From Chiloscyllium plagiosum (taxonomy: Eukaryota): a stretch of DNA of 64,000 nucleotides. The stretch lies in NCBI RefSeq assembly GCF_004010195.1, contig NC_057719.1:51466920-51530919 (forward strand), written 5' to 3'. The notes under the pieces were generated by a model that worked only from the letters and a program-made list of their open reading frames with translations, ran no database searches and was not told where the DNA came from. Of the stretch, positions 52,045 to 64,000 are shown piece after piece; position 1 is the first letter of the stretch; every line of letters begins with the position of its first letter. Made by a program: the position numbers and the translations under genes.

Positions 52045-55000
52045 TTCATGGGGATGTTGCCTGGAATGGAGCAGTTCAGCTGTGGAGAGGGGGCTTCTTT
52101 AGAGCAGAGAAGATTGAGACAGGACCTAATTGAGGTGTATAAGACTATAAGGGGCATAGACAGGATGGATAGGAAGCAGCTGTTCCCCATAGTTGTAAAG
52201 TCAATAACAAAAAGGCAAGTTTTAAGATGAAAGGCAGGAGGTTTAGGGGAAACATATTTCACCCAGAAGGGAATCTGGAGTGCACTGCCTGGGAGGGTAG
52301 TTGAGGTGGGAAACCTCAAAACCTTTAAAAAGTACTTGGATGAGCACTTGAAATGTTGTAATATTCAAACTGTGGGCCAAGTGCTGGAAGGTAGGACTAG
52401 TGTAGATTTAGAGTAGTTATTTATTGGTGCAGACTTGATGGGCTGAATGGCCTCTTCTGTAATGTATGATTTTATGGCTCTATGAATTTCTCTCTATGAA
52501 CACCCTGGATGGATATGATTGCCTGCTGAGAACTCTCCTCACACCCCCACCCCTGCCTTCTGCTTGTTCGGATTTTCAAGGCCTTTATTTGTTCTCCTGT
52601 CATTCTGTACACCAATGGAAATAGCTGTTAATTATTACAATCATGCCTGAAAACAACTAATTAGTGAAAAGGCTTGAAGTTAGGATAAACTCCTTTAGTA
52701 CCTGCGAGACTACTCCCTGTAGACTTGTGACTTAAAACAGCAATGAAAAGTATCAACTTGTGCAATGGTAGCGATCATAGCAAGAAGATAATCACTGGCA
52801 ACTGATGTGCTGGTAGTTGATAACCCCTTAAATAGTGCTGATGAGTGTCTTTCCTTATGCTAACATGTGATATACTAAGGTGGGAGACAATGTTGGCTAA
52901 AATGTTGAGTTCCAAAATGACACTAACAATGTCAGATTTGAATGATGAAGCACGCTCAAAGAAATTTGTATGTGTACACCTGATGTGCCAAAATACCCAT
53001 CGAATTTCATACATGGAATGTTAGCATAATGGCATAGTGTATAGAAATTTCTTTGCAGTTTTCCATAACTTCCAGCACAGTCAGATTTACTAACTGAGCT
53101 CCTAAGTGGAGATTGCCAGGTCAATGTTAGTGCCTCCAGAAACTGGAATTGGATCTTGCCCCCCAGCCCTCTGATCACGTCTTTCACCTACACACTTCCT
53201 ACCTCCAGTTAATATTGGCTTCAAAGTAATTCCTGCAGGGAGAAAGGAAGGAGAAAGGCTAATTATCTCAGGTAATGTGAGGAACTAATTGTTGACAACA
53301 GAGTGGAGGTCTTTCAGCACGTATGCATCATCTTGGGAAAGATGTATATACAAAAAGATGCATGGAAAATTAGCCAATATATTTCCATGTGTAGAGACAA
53401 AATATTAACACACTCAATGTTTCCATTCATCCAGCTCTCTATCTTTCTTTCTAATTAAACGTCCTGTATCTAACATTTGACGCAAGAAAAGTTTGTGATT
53501 TGTACAAAGCTCTGAGGACCTGGACTCTCATGAGTGATGTTAAAACAGTGCAGGTGTGATAAAATAAGGATCTTGGCTGGTTACAAGATGCAGCCTCTAT
53601 GCCTGTGGAAAAGTAATTTGAAACAGCAAAAATAAACAAGAGATACTCATCTTGATTCACATCAGAGAATTACAAACTTGATCCAATGGCTGATCAGTGG
53701 CCCGGGAACAGCTGAAGAACAGCAATTCCAGAAATGAATACTCATTCTCGGGGAGCTAATCAATCTATCCTCTCTGGGATCAATTACTTTCACCATTGTT
53801 TCTATTCAGATCCTTTCAAGTGCCTCAGTAGAACTCACAGTAACTATCCTCTAACATGAGTTCTTTGGAACTATTACAGTGGTAAAACAGGCACAATTTC
53901 CAGTGTAGTTTGAAATCTTTGCCTGACATGCTTGTTGAATTGTAGTAAGGCTCATCTATCTTCTCACCAAAAAGTTTAGAGGGTAAAGGTTAGAGGCTAG
54001 GAGTCTGATGTCTGCTCTTTCTAGCTCCAAGTATTCAAAATATCAAATGTTAAAAATACAGCAGAGTGGTTAATCAATTTTTGTTCAGAAAATTAAATTT
54101 GTTCATTAGACTAATTTATTGACTAAACATTCACAAATCAAAACTTATTGTCATTGAATAAGAACACATATTTGGAAATATTGGTCTACACCCAAGATAT
54201 AATGTAATATGCTACAAAGCAGACATTAATTAACAATCAACATTAAAAACCACATGAGATCTTCACAACTAAAACTTTCAACATAAGCTGGTTGGATGAA
54301 TTCAAACCACTGCTGAGATGGACATGGAAATGGAAGATCAAAATACTGTAATTTTTTTATCCTTAGAGAGGTAAGAAATGACCTGATAGTAAGAGAGGGT
54401 TATTGGGTAAAGACTGATAAAGATATATTGATGATTGAATGAAATAAACTATTGAATTGAATCCTCCCAAGTCCTGAAAGATCTGGCGAGAACTTTGGGA
54501 GAATCATGTGAGAAGTTAAGTGAGGCACTTCTTGATGTTGGAAACAACAAGTTGACCTTTCTTGCTAAGTTGTGGATGTTGATAATGTCAATATTCTTGC
54601 TATTGAGCAGTGAAAGCCTATTAATGAGAATATTTGCTTAGATGTAGAAGGTGAGGTCAACTTTGAAGTGTTCTGAGAGGAATCTTCTGGGAAGCTTGTA
54701 TGTGATTCTTCCTAGGAATGGCTGCCTCCCGCCACTGTCCTGTTCTTTTGTGAGAAAATGGCTCCTGGAGTGGGCTCCCTTGTTCTCTTGTCTACAAAGC
54801 AGGGTACCAATTCTACCTTTCTCATTCATGCCAGTGATTATCTCCAAATGTGCATGGTAGCGCTAGACTGTGAGCATTTAACCAAGTGTGCAATGGTCTT
54901 TTAAGTATGGCATCAATGCCAGAGATGCCAGTATATCCCAGCAGTGGTGAGTATTTTTGACTGTAGCGAGAGGAAGAATCAGGCCACCACTGGAAGAGAA

Positions 55001-56899
55001 GAGTGCCATAGGCGTGTGGTAGTTAGCTAATGAGGTAAATTTGGGATGATAGTGTGAGAAAACTCACTAGGATTTGTGGAGGAAAACCTTCCATGAAACT
55101 CACTAAAACTGAGATTTATGGTGAGAATCAACATAACATCAATGCCTAGGATGAGCTGAATTATTGAATATTGATCTCCTAAGTCTCAAAGAAAGAAACA
55201 AAGCTCTCAGGAAAGAACTGCAAAAACTTAATGAACAACATAGCAGTGACATCATTTCAGTCCAGAAGAGATCTATATTTCTCTTATTACTAAGTAGTAC
55301 AATATGAATGAAAACCCCAGAGGTTAGTGCTAAAATAGAGAAAACCAGCATCTGCATTATTGAAAAAAGGAATCTCACAATGCATGTTCTACTAAAGATC
55401 AAGTTGCAAATAAGATTGTTAAGTTTAAATGTTTTAAAAAATGGTGCTTTTAATAATACTTGAAATTGGATTGGAGCAATGACTTAGCCAAATAGTGTCA
55501 AAAAGTTGCAGGATGCATCAATGCTCTCATTATGTCAAATTGTTGTGCTAATTTAGTTTCTTCATATTTTATATTCAGGAACTTCTCCAGGGCAGCTTCC
55601 CAAGTGAATTCATGAGCAATCATTACTTAAAACAAAACTAATTCATTTAATAGAACAGAAACAAGCTTGAACTTACATTTTAATCATCTTTTATATTATA
55701 TTCTTTCTTTAAAGGATTAACTTATAAAAATGGTTTACCATGTCCAATTTATGCATCAGAGAAAATCGGAATATTTGTGCAATTTTTGATCTGCTGCAAT
55801 TTCAAACGCACAGCAGCTTTCTTTCTGACAGAAAACAGAAGTGACCATTGTTTTTCTGTAATGCACTTACAGCTTCTTAAGAGCTTAGGATTTTTCTCAC
55901 AAAACATCATAAAGGTTCAATTGTAAAAATTAAGTATCTATTTTTCAGTTTTGAAGGGTGAGTATTATCAGTCATGGAATCAGTTAATGTGTTTGATCAA
56001 TGCCATTATTTTCAATAATAAGCTTAAACATAACCTAAAGCTAAATGTGTTTAGAACATCAGATAAAGGAAAGTTCATCACATCAGTCTTCTGAATTCAA
56101 ACATACATTCCAGAGTTAAAAGCACACTAGGTCAGTTGTGCATGAGGAGTTAAAATAATTTACTTTTAGATAGTAATCACAGTCCAGTTCTAATATGCTA
56201 CTACAAAGTTTCATGGAGTTACATTTGGATGTCTGTAACTGACCTACTCACTAAAGTCAGGACCTTAAATAGTACAAGTGTGTAGATACTTATGGCAACA
56301 ACTAACAATTTTATGATTTGTTATCTTCAAATTTAATAGTTACAAATTGGGATTGAATCTAAAAGGAGGCAGAAAGTGTGCAATACTGAAGAGTGCTTTA
56401 AACACCACCCGCTATGATGATGTCATATGGATTTGGCGAGAGAACAGATTAGGACCTCAAAGGAGTAAGGCCAGGATAACCTCATAGTCTCTGTAACAAT
56501 GTTTAGCAATTCTGTGTAACTAATAATTGATTGCTACCATGCAATGAACTACATCTTGATTAAGACAAGTACCTGTTTTCATTAAACTAGCAACTGATTT
56601 TCTTCTACTATATCAGACTCTATGCTGAAAGAAGGCGGTGGCAGCAAACGGTGGTACCCTATAGTGAGCAATAGTGCAGGCAGCCTTGAACAGCACAGTG
56701 AGCAGTGGTGTTGATTTCTTGTACATATCCCATTTAGCTGCCTCATACCACATGCCAGGACTAGAAGCGGTCTGAAGATTTCTTGAAGCACACCTTTAAG
56801 AATGCTGCTAATGTTGACAACAATAGAAAAATATGAACATTCAAGCATCCTGTAGAAGAAAACACTGTAGCAAGATTCAACATGATAGAAACTATGACC

Positions 56900-58310
56900 A
56901 ATGGGAAAAACATTTCAGATCTGTAAGGGATGTGTTATAGCAGGAAAATATTAGAAATTTTGTCACGTTGAAGTGTTAGTCACTCCAAGGCAGTTTCAAG
57001 ATTGTATTGAGTGCCAATGATTTATAGGAGTGTTCCCAAGTTGGAGAGTGAATGGACATGTGATATTCCATGTGTAAAGTTAAAATCCCTGGTGGAAAAG
57101 GGAAACCTTTAGGAAGCAGTGCAGAATTACAGGCTATGAAAGGTAGAAGTAAAGAAAAGAGCTTTTCCCTTAGATCAGCATCTCTGCCATGGCATTTTGG
57201 TCTCATGAGGTACAACTACAATAAAGGAATTCAAGGGTTATAAAAGAATTTCAATCTGACTCAGGGATGTTAATAAAATGGCTAACGTTTTACAATGTCT
57301 TCAAGAACCTACTGGCATGATACATTCATACATGGCAGAATAGTTGAAAAGCACGATCACAGAATGCATACAGTTACACATATAGTTGGAAGGACCACGT
57401 CTAATGACAAAAGCGAATTTTCCAAAGAATCCACTTGCTTCTTGGGGTACATTGTGCCTGGATAATGGCAGACCCATAGGAAATTACGGAATTTCCTAAT
57501 TCAAAATCAGTTCCTGACTTGCAAAGATCTTTAAAACAGTAAACCAGTTGGTGAAATTTTGTTTCAAAACCTTTGAGATACTTCTTGAAGAAGATGCAAG
57601 TCTGGGATTGAAACCCACACCAGGAGGTTGTGCATCAAAAGATTAGGATGTGCTAATCTCCATGGATGTCCAAGCCTATTAGAATCTGTCTTATCCAAAT
57701 ACTATAACTGCTGATGCTTCAGCTACAGACTTGGAGTAGGGCTCCTCCAGGAGCAAACAGATAGATGTTGTACATCAATCTTCTCTACATCACAGGCATG
57801 TCAAACATAGAAACATGGCATGCCATGATTGTGAAGAAAATTCTCTTGGTTACATAGCTTTGCAACAGATTTTCAGGTAAAATCTTTGAACATGTAGATT
57901 GTCCACAAACCCGGGTCTTCCTATTAGATAAGATAAAATTAGCAAGGATGACTCCATGAATACAGAGATTTCGACACTGCCTTATGATGCTTACCCATGA
58001 AACAATATATGTGTAGGAAAACCTGCAGATGATAGCTGATATATTCTGCAGAGATCTCTAGGTCAACCGGCTTCCAAAGCTTTACCTTGAGTTTGCTCAT
58101 AAATTTGTGTTATGTATTCAGTCTTGTAACATCAGTCAGCAAAAAATGATCAGCTTGGCCAAAAGTGACAGGTGAAGATAGGAACTGAGAATGTCTCTAT
58201 TAGTATTGCATTGAAGATTAAGAAACAAAGGCCTAGTGAGTTGGCATGAAAACATGTTTTGAGCACAAACATCATTTTACAAACTTAGAAGACTTACTGG
58301 TATGTGATGT
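56900..58310 (+). mobile_element. Decayed Gypsy/Ty3 pol remnant (RT-RNase H)
   Basis: TTCTTGGGGTACATTGTG (FLGYIV) and GCTGATGCTTCAGCTACAGACTTGGAGTAGGGCTCCTCCAG (ADAS..LGVGLLQ). Confidence 0.6.
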
Positions 58311-58484
58311 GTCATGGTTCTGACAGGATGAATGCATTGGTAATCAAGTTCCCCATTCCATAAGCTATATCATCAGTGCAAATGTTTTACATTAATCTCC
58401 AAAATTCCTTTATTACTGTTGTCTAGAACTGTTCCTACTATGGTCTAATTGTTGTTCTTTAATATACTCAAAAGTAACTTATTT

Positions 58485-58978
58485 AGAGTCATTGAGATGT
58501 ACAGCATGGAAACAGGCCCTTTGGTCCAACTCGTCCATGCCGAACAGATATCCCAACCCAATCTAGATCCACCTGCCAGTACCTGGCCCTTATCTCTATA
58601 AACCCTTCCTATTCACATATCCATCCGTGTGCCTTTTAAATGCTTAATTGTATCAGCCTCTACCACTTCCTCTAGCAGCTCATTCCATACATGTACTCTG
58701 CGTGAAAAGGTTGCCCCTTAGGTCTCTTTTATATCTTTCCCCTCTCACCCTAAACTATGCCCTCTAGTTATGGGCTCTGCCACCCTAGGGAAAAGACCTT
58801 GTCTATTTATCCTATCCATGCCCCTCATGATTTTATAAACCTCTATAAAGTCACCCTTCCACCTCCGATGCTCCAAGGAAAACAGTCCAGTCTATTCAGC
58901 CTCTCCCTATGGCTCAAATCCTCCAACCCTGGCAACATTCTTGTAAATCTATTCTCAACTCTTTCAAGTTTCACAACA
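58485..58978 (-). mobile_element. CR1 LINE 3' end
   Basis: Reverse complement of the 49497-50000 type sequence. Confidence 0.9.
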
Positions 58979-59175
58979 AACATAAACTATTCTTTGCAAT
59001 TACAAAACTGGCTAACAACTAAGCTATATTCTGTAATTAAATTATATCTCCTTAATCCGAAGCGAACTCATGCATATCACAAACAAGTTGTTCCATCAAG
59101 TACTTTGAAATAGCTTTCTAACCTCCAATTTAATAACATTGTATCTAAATAAGTTTAAAGCAAAATTTTATATTG

Positions 59176-60910
59176 AAAAAAAAAACTCATTCATGGGATG
59201 TGGGCATAGCAGGCTATGCCAGCATTTATTGTCTATCCAGACTTGCTCTTGAGAAGATGGTGGCGGTGAGCTACCTTCTTGAATTGCTGCAGCCCATATA
59301 GTGGAGGTACATTCACTATACTGCTGGGAGGGAATTCTAGAATTTTGACCCACCAATACTGGAGGAAGGGCAATATGTTTCCAAGTCAGGATATTGAGTG
59401 GCTTGGATGGAACCTTGCAGATCGTGGCATTCCCACATATGTGCTGCCATTGCCCTTCCAGATGGTAGTGATCATGGGTTTGGAAGATGCTGTCTAAGGA
59501 ATGTCTGTGAATGTTTGCAGTACGTTGTGTAGATAGTACACATGTCAGCTATGTGTATTGGTGGAAGAGACAATGAATGCTTGTGGTTGTAATGCCAATC
59601 AAGAGGACTGGTTTGTTCTGGATGGCATTAAGCTTCTTGAGTGTTACTGGAGCAGAACTCGTTCAGGCAAATGGGGAGTATTCCATCATGACCCTGACCT
59701 GTGCTTCATGGATAGGCTTTGTGGGGGAAGTCAGAAGTGAGTTGCTCACCTTTCTAACCTCTGACCTGCTATTGTACCCATAGTACTTATATACCTAGTT
59801 CAATTCAGTTTCTGGTGAATAGCTTCCTCCAAGATGTTGACGATGGAGAATTCAGTGATAGTAATGCTCTTGAATGTCAAGGGGCAATGTTAGGTTCTTT
59901 CTTGTTGGAGATGGCAATTACCTGACATTCAAGTGGTGCAAAGCTAATTGTCACTTTTCAGCCAAATGCTGGATATTGTCTGGGTTTTCTTGTATTTGGA
60001 CTTGGACTCCTTCAGTATTTGAGAAGTTGTGAATGATGCGGAACATTGTTCAATCATCAGTGAACATCCCCACATCTGACCTTATGATGGAGAGCATGTC
60101 CTTGATGAAGCTAAAGTTGTGTAAAAGCAAAACATAGCCGATGCTGAAATTAAAATGCAAATGCTGGAGGAACTCAGCAGATCTAGCAGCATCAATGGAC
60201 ATAGAAACAAAGATAACATTCTGAGTATAACATGAGTCTTCTTCAGGATGCAATACAATGGACATTGAATTCCCCTAGCCAGAGTACATTCTGTTCCCTT
60301 ACCACCTTTAGTGCTTCCTCCAAATCGTGCTCAATGTAGAGTTATCAGGCCAGGAGGGTGTGGGATGTAATATCGTAATCAGCAGGTGATTTCCTTGCCC
60401 ATATTTGACCTGCTGCCATGAGGCTTCATGAGGTCCAGAGTCAATGTTGAGGACAACAGGGCAACTCCCTTTTGATTGTGTATCACTGTGCCTCCCCCGA
60501 AGCTGGGCATGTCCTGCCAGTTGGACAGGGCATACTCAGGGATGGTGATGGCTGTGCCTGGGATATTATCTATGAGATACTCTGTGTAAATATGACTATG
60601 TCATGATCTTGCTTGACCTCTCTGTGGGTCAGCTCTCCCAGTTTTGGCACTAGCCTCCAGATGTTGTAGTTTGTAGCATTGGGAGGGCTGAATTTGCTGT
60701 TCTCGGTTCTGGTGCCTTAGACAATGACAAGAGGTCCATCTTTTTTGAGACCTTCTAGCAGTTCACATAACTGAATGGCTTGCTAGTCCATTTCTGAAGT
60801 CAAAAACAGTGCTCTGGGTCTGGAGTCATATGTAGGCTGAACAATTTTCCTTCCTACAGGGCATTAGTAAACCAGATTTTCTTTAAAATTACAATCAGTA
60901 GTCATCATGA
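59176..60910 (-). mobile_element. Internally deleted CR1-group LINE (second family) including its 5' region
   Basis: 59176-60110 is the reverse complement of 24440-25366 (SIIRSDVGMFTDD). 60770-60910 matches the SINE at 26710-26865. Confidence 0.75.
60146..60249 (-). mobile_element. PLE mini-fragment inside the LINE
   Basis: AAATGCTGGAGGAACTCAGCAGATCTAGCAGCATC...TCTTCTTCAGGA. Confidence 0.65.
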
Positions 60911-61848
60911 GACTTTTAATTCTAGCTTTCTTTCAATGAGGACATATGTGGCCACCAGTTCAGTGTCTGGTGGTCACTTGAGGAGAATGGGTCACATTCA
61001 TTCTGTCACCACCACTCACAAAAGTGAAAGAGGGCTGGGTACTGGGGAGTTGACAGGAACCAAGTGTCGACACATGTGCATGGCTGGGGAATGTGAAGTA
61101 AGTGAAGATTGCCGAATAGGCACCAAGAAAGGAATAGGTGATGTTGGAGGTCTCAATGACATTAATGCTTAGGCAAAAAGCCATTGGCAGAGGGCCATTC
61201 ACTGTCATTTCCAACATGAAGCACATGGATTATGGCTGCGAAATCTCTCATAATAGGTGCGATAAGTGAGCCGGGGTGTGAGGCAAAGTGGATAGGCCTT
61301 CATAAAGAGAACATAAGCCAAGAGCACATAAGATCTTAGTGACACAGACAGTCAGAATGTGCAGTCACTGGCTATCATGCAGCATTGACTTTCACTGTGT
61401 CGTACCTTTACGACAGCTTCACTGCTGGGAACTCTCTTAGATGGAGATTCCCATGCACATGGCCAACTGAAGACTGGCAATCAAGAAGGGAGACTGAAGG
61501 GGAGGGGTGTGGGTTTAGCTAAAGTGTTAGACTGAGCTAATGCTTTGTACACGCATTGGTAACACTGCTCCCACATGATGAAAAGGGCACTCATCGCAGA
61601 CCTCCCACCTTTGTGCATCCTTGGGGACCAAGGTGTATTGTTGAAAAGTACTCAAAGTATTTAGATCCTCCATAAAAGCTATAAACTACTTCATGAATGG
61701 TGAAAAAAAACCTTTATCAACAACTATGTATATTACTGTCAACCCTGGCCCTCACGTGCCCTCACGTGACTTTTCTTTTCCTCTCCTGCCTCCTGCGCAT
61801 CATTGAACTACTTTGTGGCACAAATGAGATGGAAGAAGCCTAATTCCC

Positions 61849-61945
61849 AGTTCTGAAGAAGGGTCACTGGACCCAAAACATTAATTCTGCTTTCTCACCA
61901 CAGATGCTGAGATCTGAGATCATTGAATAATTTCTGTTTGTTTCT
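61849..61945 (+). mobile_element. PLE mini-fragment (family B) starting at the hammerhead core (61853-61882)
   Basis: GTT-CTGAAGA-A-GGGTC-ACTG-GACCC-AAAACATT-AAT; deviations from consensus are consistent with CpG decay. Confidence 0.7.
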
Positions 61946-62627
61946 TATGTGTGGGATCCACAGTTCTTTGACTTTTGTTTTCTATAGTGGAGCCAGCTGG
62001 CCTTGAAAATTTGCTGTGTTCATGTTTCGACAGGCAGACATACCAAGAGTTTTGTTGTCTAAGTAAAAGTGATTATTCCCAGCCTGAACTTCTAAGGGTT
62101 GGAAGAGGGCAGGTGGAGTGGAGGTGGAGGGCTTGGCCAACTCTGTTCTGCTGAGACACCTGCATGCCCCTTGGCCAGTTGGGTGCCTCTGGGCACCACC
62201 CTGGGTCAAGTATCCTAGTCCTCCTCTCACTCTGGCTTCAGTCTTGAGGACCAATGCCTGGTGTGATGGCATGCATTTCTGCATGACTCTCCAACATCCC
62301 GTGACAGAGCCTGGCCCATATGCCTGCAAACATTTCCTATTCTGGGACTGACTCATGGTAAGATGGGGAGAAAATCAGATATAATACTCACCAGTGCGGC
62401 AATCATAACAATCCAAGCAGTGAGTCTGGTAGCATTCAGAGAGAAATTTCGCTCTATTTCATGGTGTAAAACACTCCACCAAATTTGACTTACCCTGCAT
62501 TTAGCCGAGCAAAAGTATAAAAGCTAGCTTCTTGCTTTTTTCCAAATATACAGCTATAATCTCTTTCATGATCAATTCCAATACTTTCTCGAGGGCAGAC
62601 ACCATAACAACTGGTCTGCAGTATCCA

Positions 62628-62930
62628 GAGTCAGAGTCAGAGATAGAGATGTACAGCATGGACATTAGAGAGAGAACCCTTCAGTCCAACCTGTCTATGC
62701 CGACCAGATATACCAACCTAATCTAGTCCCACCTGCCAGCACCTAGACCATATCCCTCCAACGCCTTCCTATTCATATACCCATCCAAATGCCTTTTAAA
62801 TGATGCAATTATACCAGCCTCCACCACTCCCTCTGGTAGCTCATTCCATACACGTACCACCCTCTGTGTGAAAAAGTTGCTCCTTAGGTCTCTTTTATAT
62901 CTTTCCTCTCTCACCCTAAACCTATGCCCT
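62628..62930 (-). mobile_element. CR1 LINE 3' end
   Basis: ERYKRDLRSNFFTQRVVRVWNELP. Confidence 0.9.
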
Positions 62931-62934
62931 TTTA

Positions 62935-63340
62935 TGAATCCCTCCCTTCTTGAATAGGGGTCTTGAAATTAATAGCAATGCATCTTCTAGCTCATTAATT
63001 ACCTCTTTTAAGGCGTTTGGATGAAATCCATCTTGTCAGCTTGCAGCTCCATCAGTTTACTTAGTACCACTTCTTTTGCAATTATAGTTTCGCTACTTTC
63101 CTCTCTCCCTCACTTCCTGATTACTAGAATGTCTTTTGTATCCTTTATAGTAACAACAGAAGCAAAATATTTGTTCTTTCATTCACTGATTCCATACTAT
63201 CTACTATTAACCCCCACCCCATTCACACTCTCTGAAGGATCAACACTGACTTTACTTTTCTTTACCTTTGAACTACCTTAAAAAAACCTATCCATTGCTG
63301 TCCACTTTTACATTCCTTGTTAGCCTCTTCTCAAACTCTA
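62935..63340 (-). mobile_element. Older CR1-like ORF2 fragment
   Basis: Minus strand AACAAATATTTTGCTTCTGTT (NKYFASV) and CCCCTATTCAAGAAGGGAGG (PLFKKG). Confidence 0.55.
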
Positions 63341-63344
63341 GTTA

Positions 63345-64000
63345 TTTTATCAAAATCAAATGTTGTTACTGGCAACGTATCAATATATGAAAAAGGAAAT
63401 ATGTCTTCCCTGTTGGGTTCTCTCTCTAATGGGTACAACAATCCAGACACTGCATCAGCATCATAATAATCTTCTGATTATCTGCAATAAAAGTCGTATT
63501 TATAACAGACACAACCAACGTCCATGTCTGCACTTGGGCTGCAATTAAAGTGATACTCCCATGTTTTGGATAATGGTGAGGATCCTTTGTGGCAGTGAGT
63601 GAAATTGTACTCTGATAGAACCCTTGTCTTTGATTTTTGGTTTAAGAAGATTTTATAAATACTTGCATGATCTTAGTTTCACAGTTGAAACTAATCATGA
63701 GACACAAGGCATTTTTGAATCTAAAATCCTTAGTATCTTTAGTACTTATTTAGAGCACAATTTCACTCATTGCCACTAAGGGTCCTCACCATTATCCAAC
63801 ACATGGGAGATCATGGCATCTACTCCACATGGAGAGGCATCATATACTGGCTTGATCTTTTTGGACACATCATTATGTACAAGGATTATATAGAATTTCA
63901 ATTTACTTTGCTTGAATGCTTTGCCACAACGTTGTCCAAAATCACAGAATACCTTTCCTCAAAAACCTGTTCAATGATGTCGTAAGGTTGCCAAATTTGG
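63345..64000 (-). mobile_element. Decayed Gypsy pol remnant (RT-RNase H) with internal inversion
   Basis: Minus strand gives PNLATL...KAF...LVHND...DASPCGVDAMISHVLDNGE and AAQVQTWTLV...DADAVS. The plus strand at 63614-63730 gives LSLIFGLRRFYKYL...FTVETNH. Confidence 0.75.

Larger units (their letters stand above)
46830..52485 (+). mobile_element. Old near-full-length CR1 (ORF1 esterase end, APE, RT, 3' UTR); own sequence ~46830-48070 and ~50450-52485
   Basis: WGRxDLYKQDSLHLNQSGTN (SGNH-like ORF1), CLYFNVRNI...REGQDWQLNIP (APE), then RT motifs and a tail at 52440-52485. Confidence 0.82.

Noticed and set aside
52897..53187. 96-aa ORF as a coding exon
   Set aside because: No recognisable domain, and the length is expected by chance.

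Overview
Eukaryotic, AT-rich, repeat-dominated intergenic or intronic DNA, almost certainly from a cartilaginous fish (shark). This is inferred from HE1-like tRNA SINEs, HER1/CR1 LINE 3' ends and shark-type Penelope ends. I recognise no host protein-coding gene; the ORFs in the track are transposon fragments or noise. The window holds many CR1 LINE fragments (one four-level nested stack at 46.8-52.5 kb), SINEs, a Tx1 LINE, a Rex1/Babar LINE, L2, Gypsy and Harbinger remnants, and TA-flanked MITEs. Two things stand out. First, a triple chimera pre-tRNA-Glu / pre-tRNA-Gly / 5'-truncated CR1 at 19.2-20.3 kb looks like two successive template switches by the LINE reverse transcriptase. Second, at least 14 Penelope-like ends carry minimal hammerhead-ribozyme cores, including palindromic inserts with target-site duplications (TSDs), ~90-110 bp ribozyme-bounded mini-inserts and a 32-bp tail-only insert. 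All family names come from motif recognition by eye, not database searches, and boundaries of old elements are approximate.
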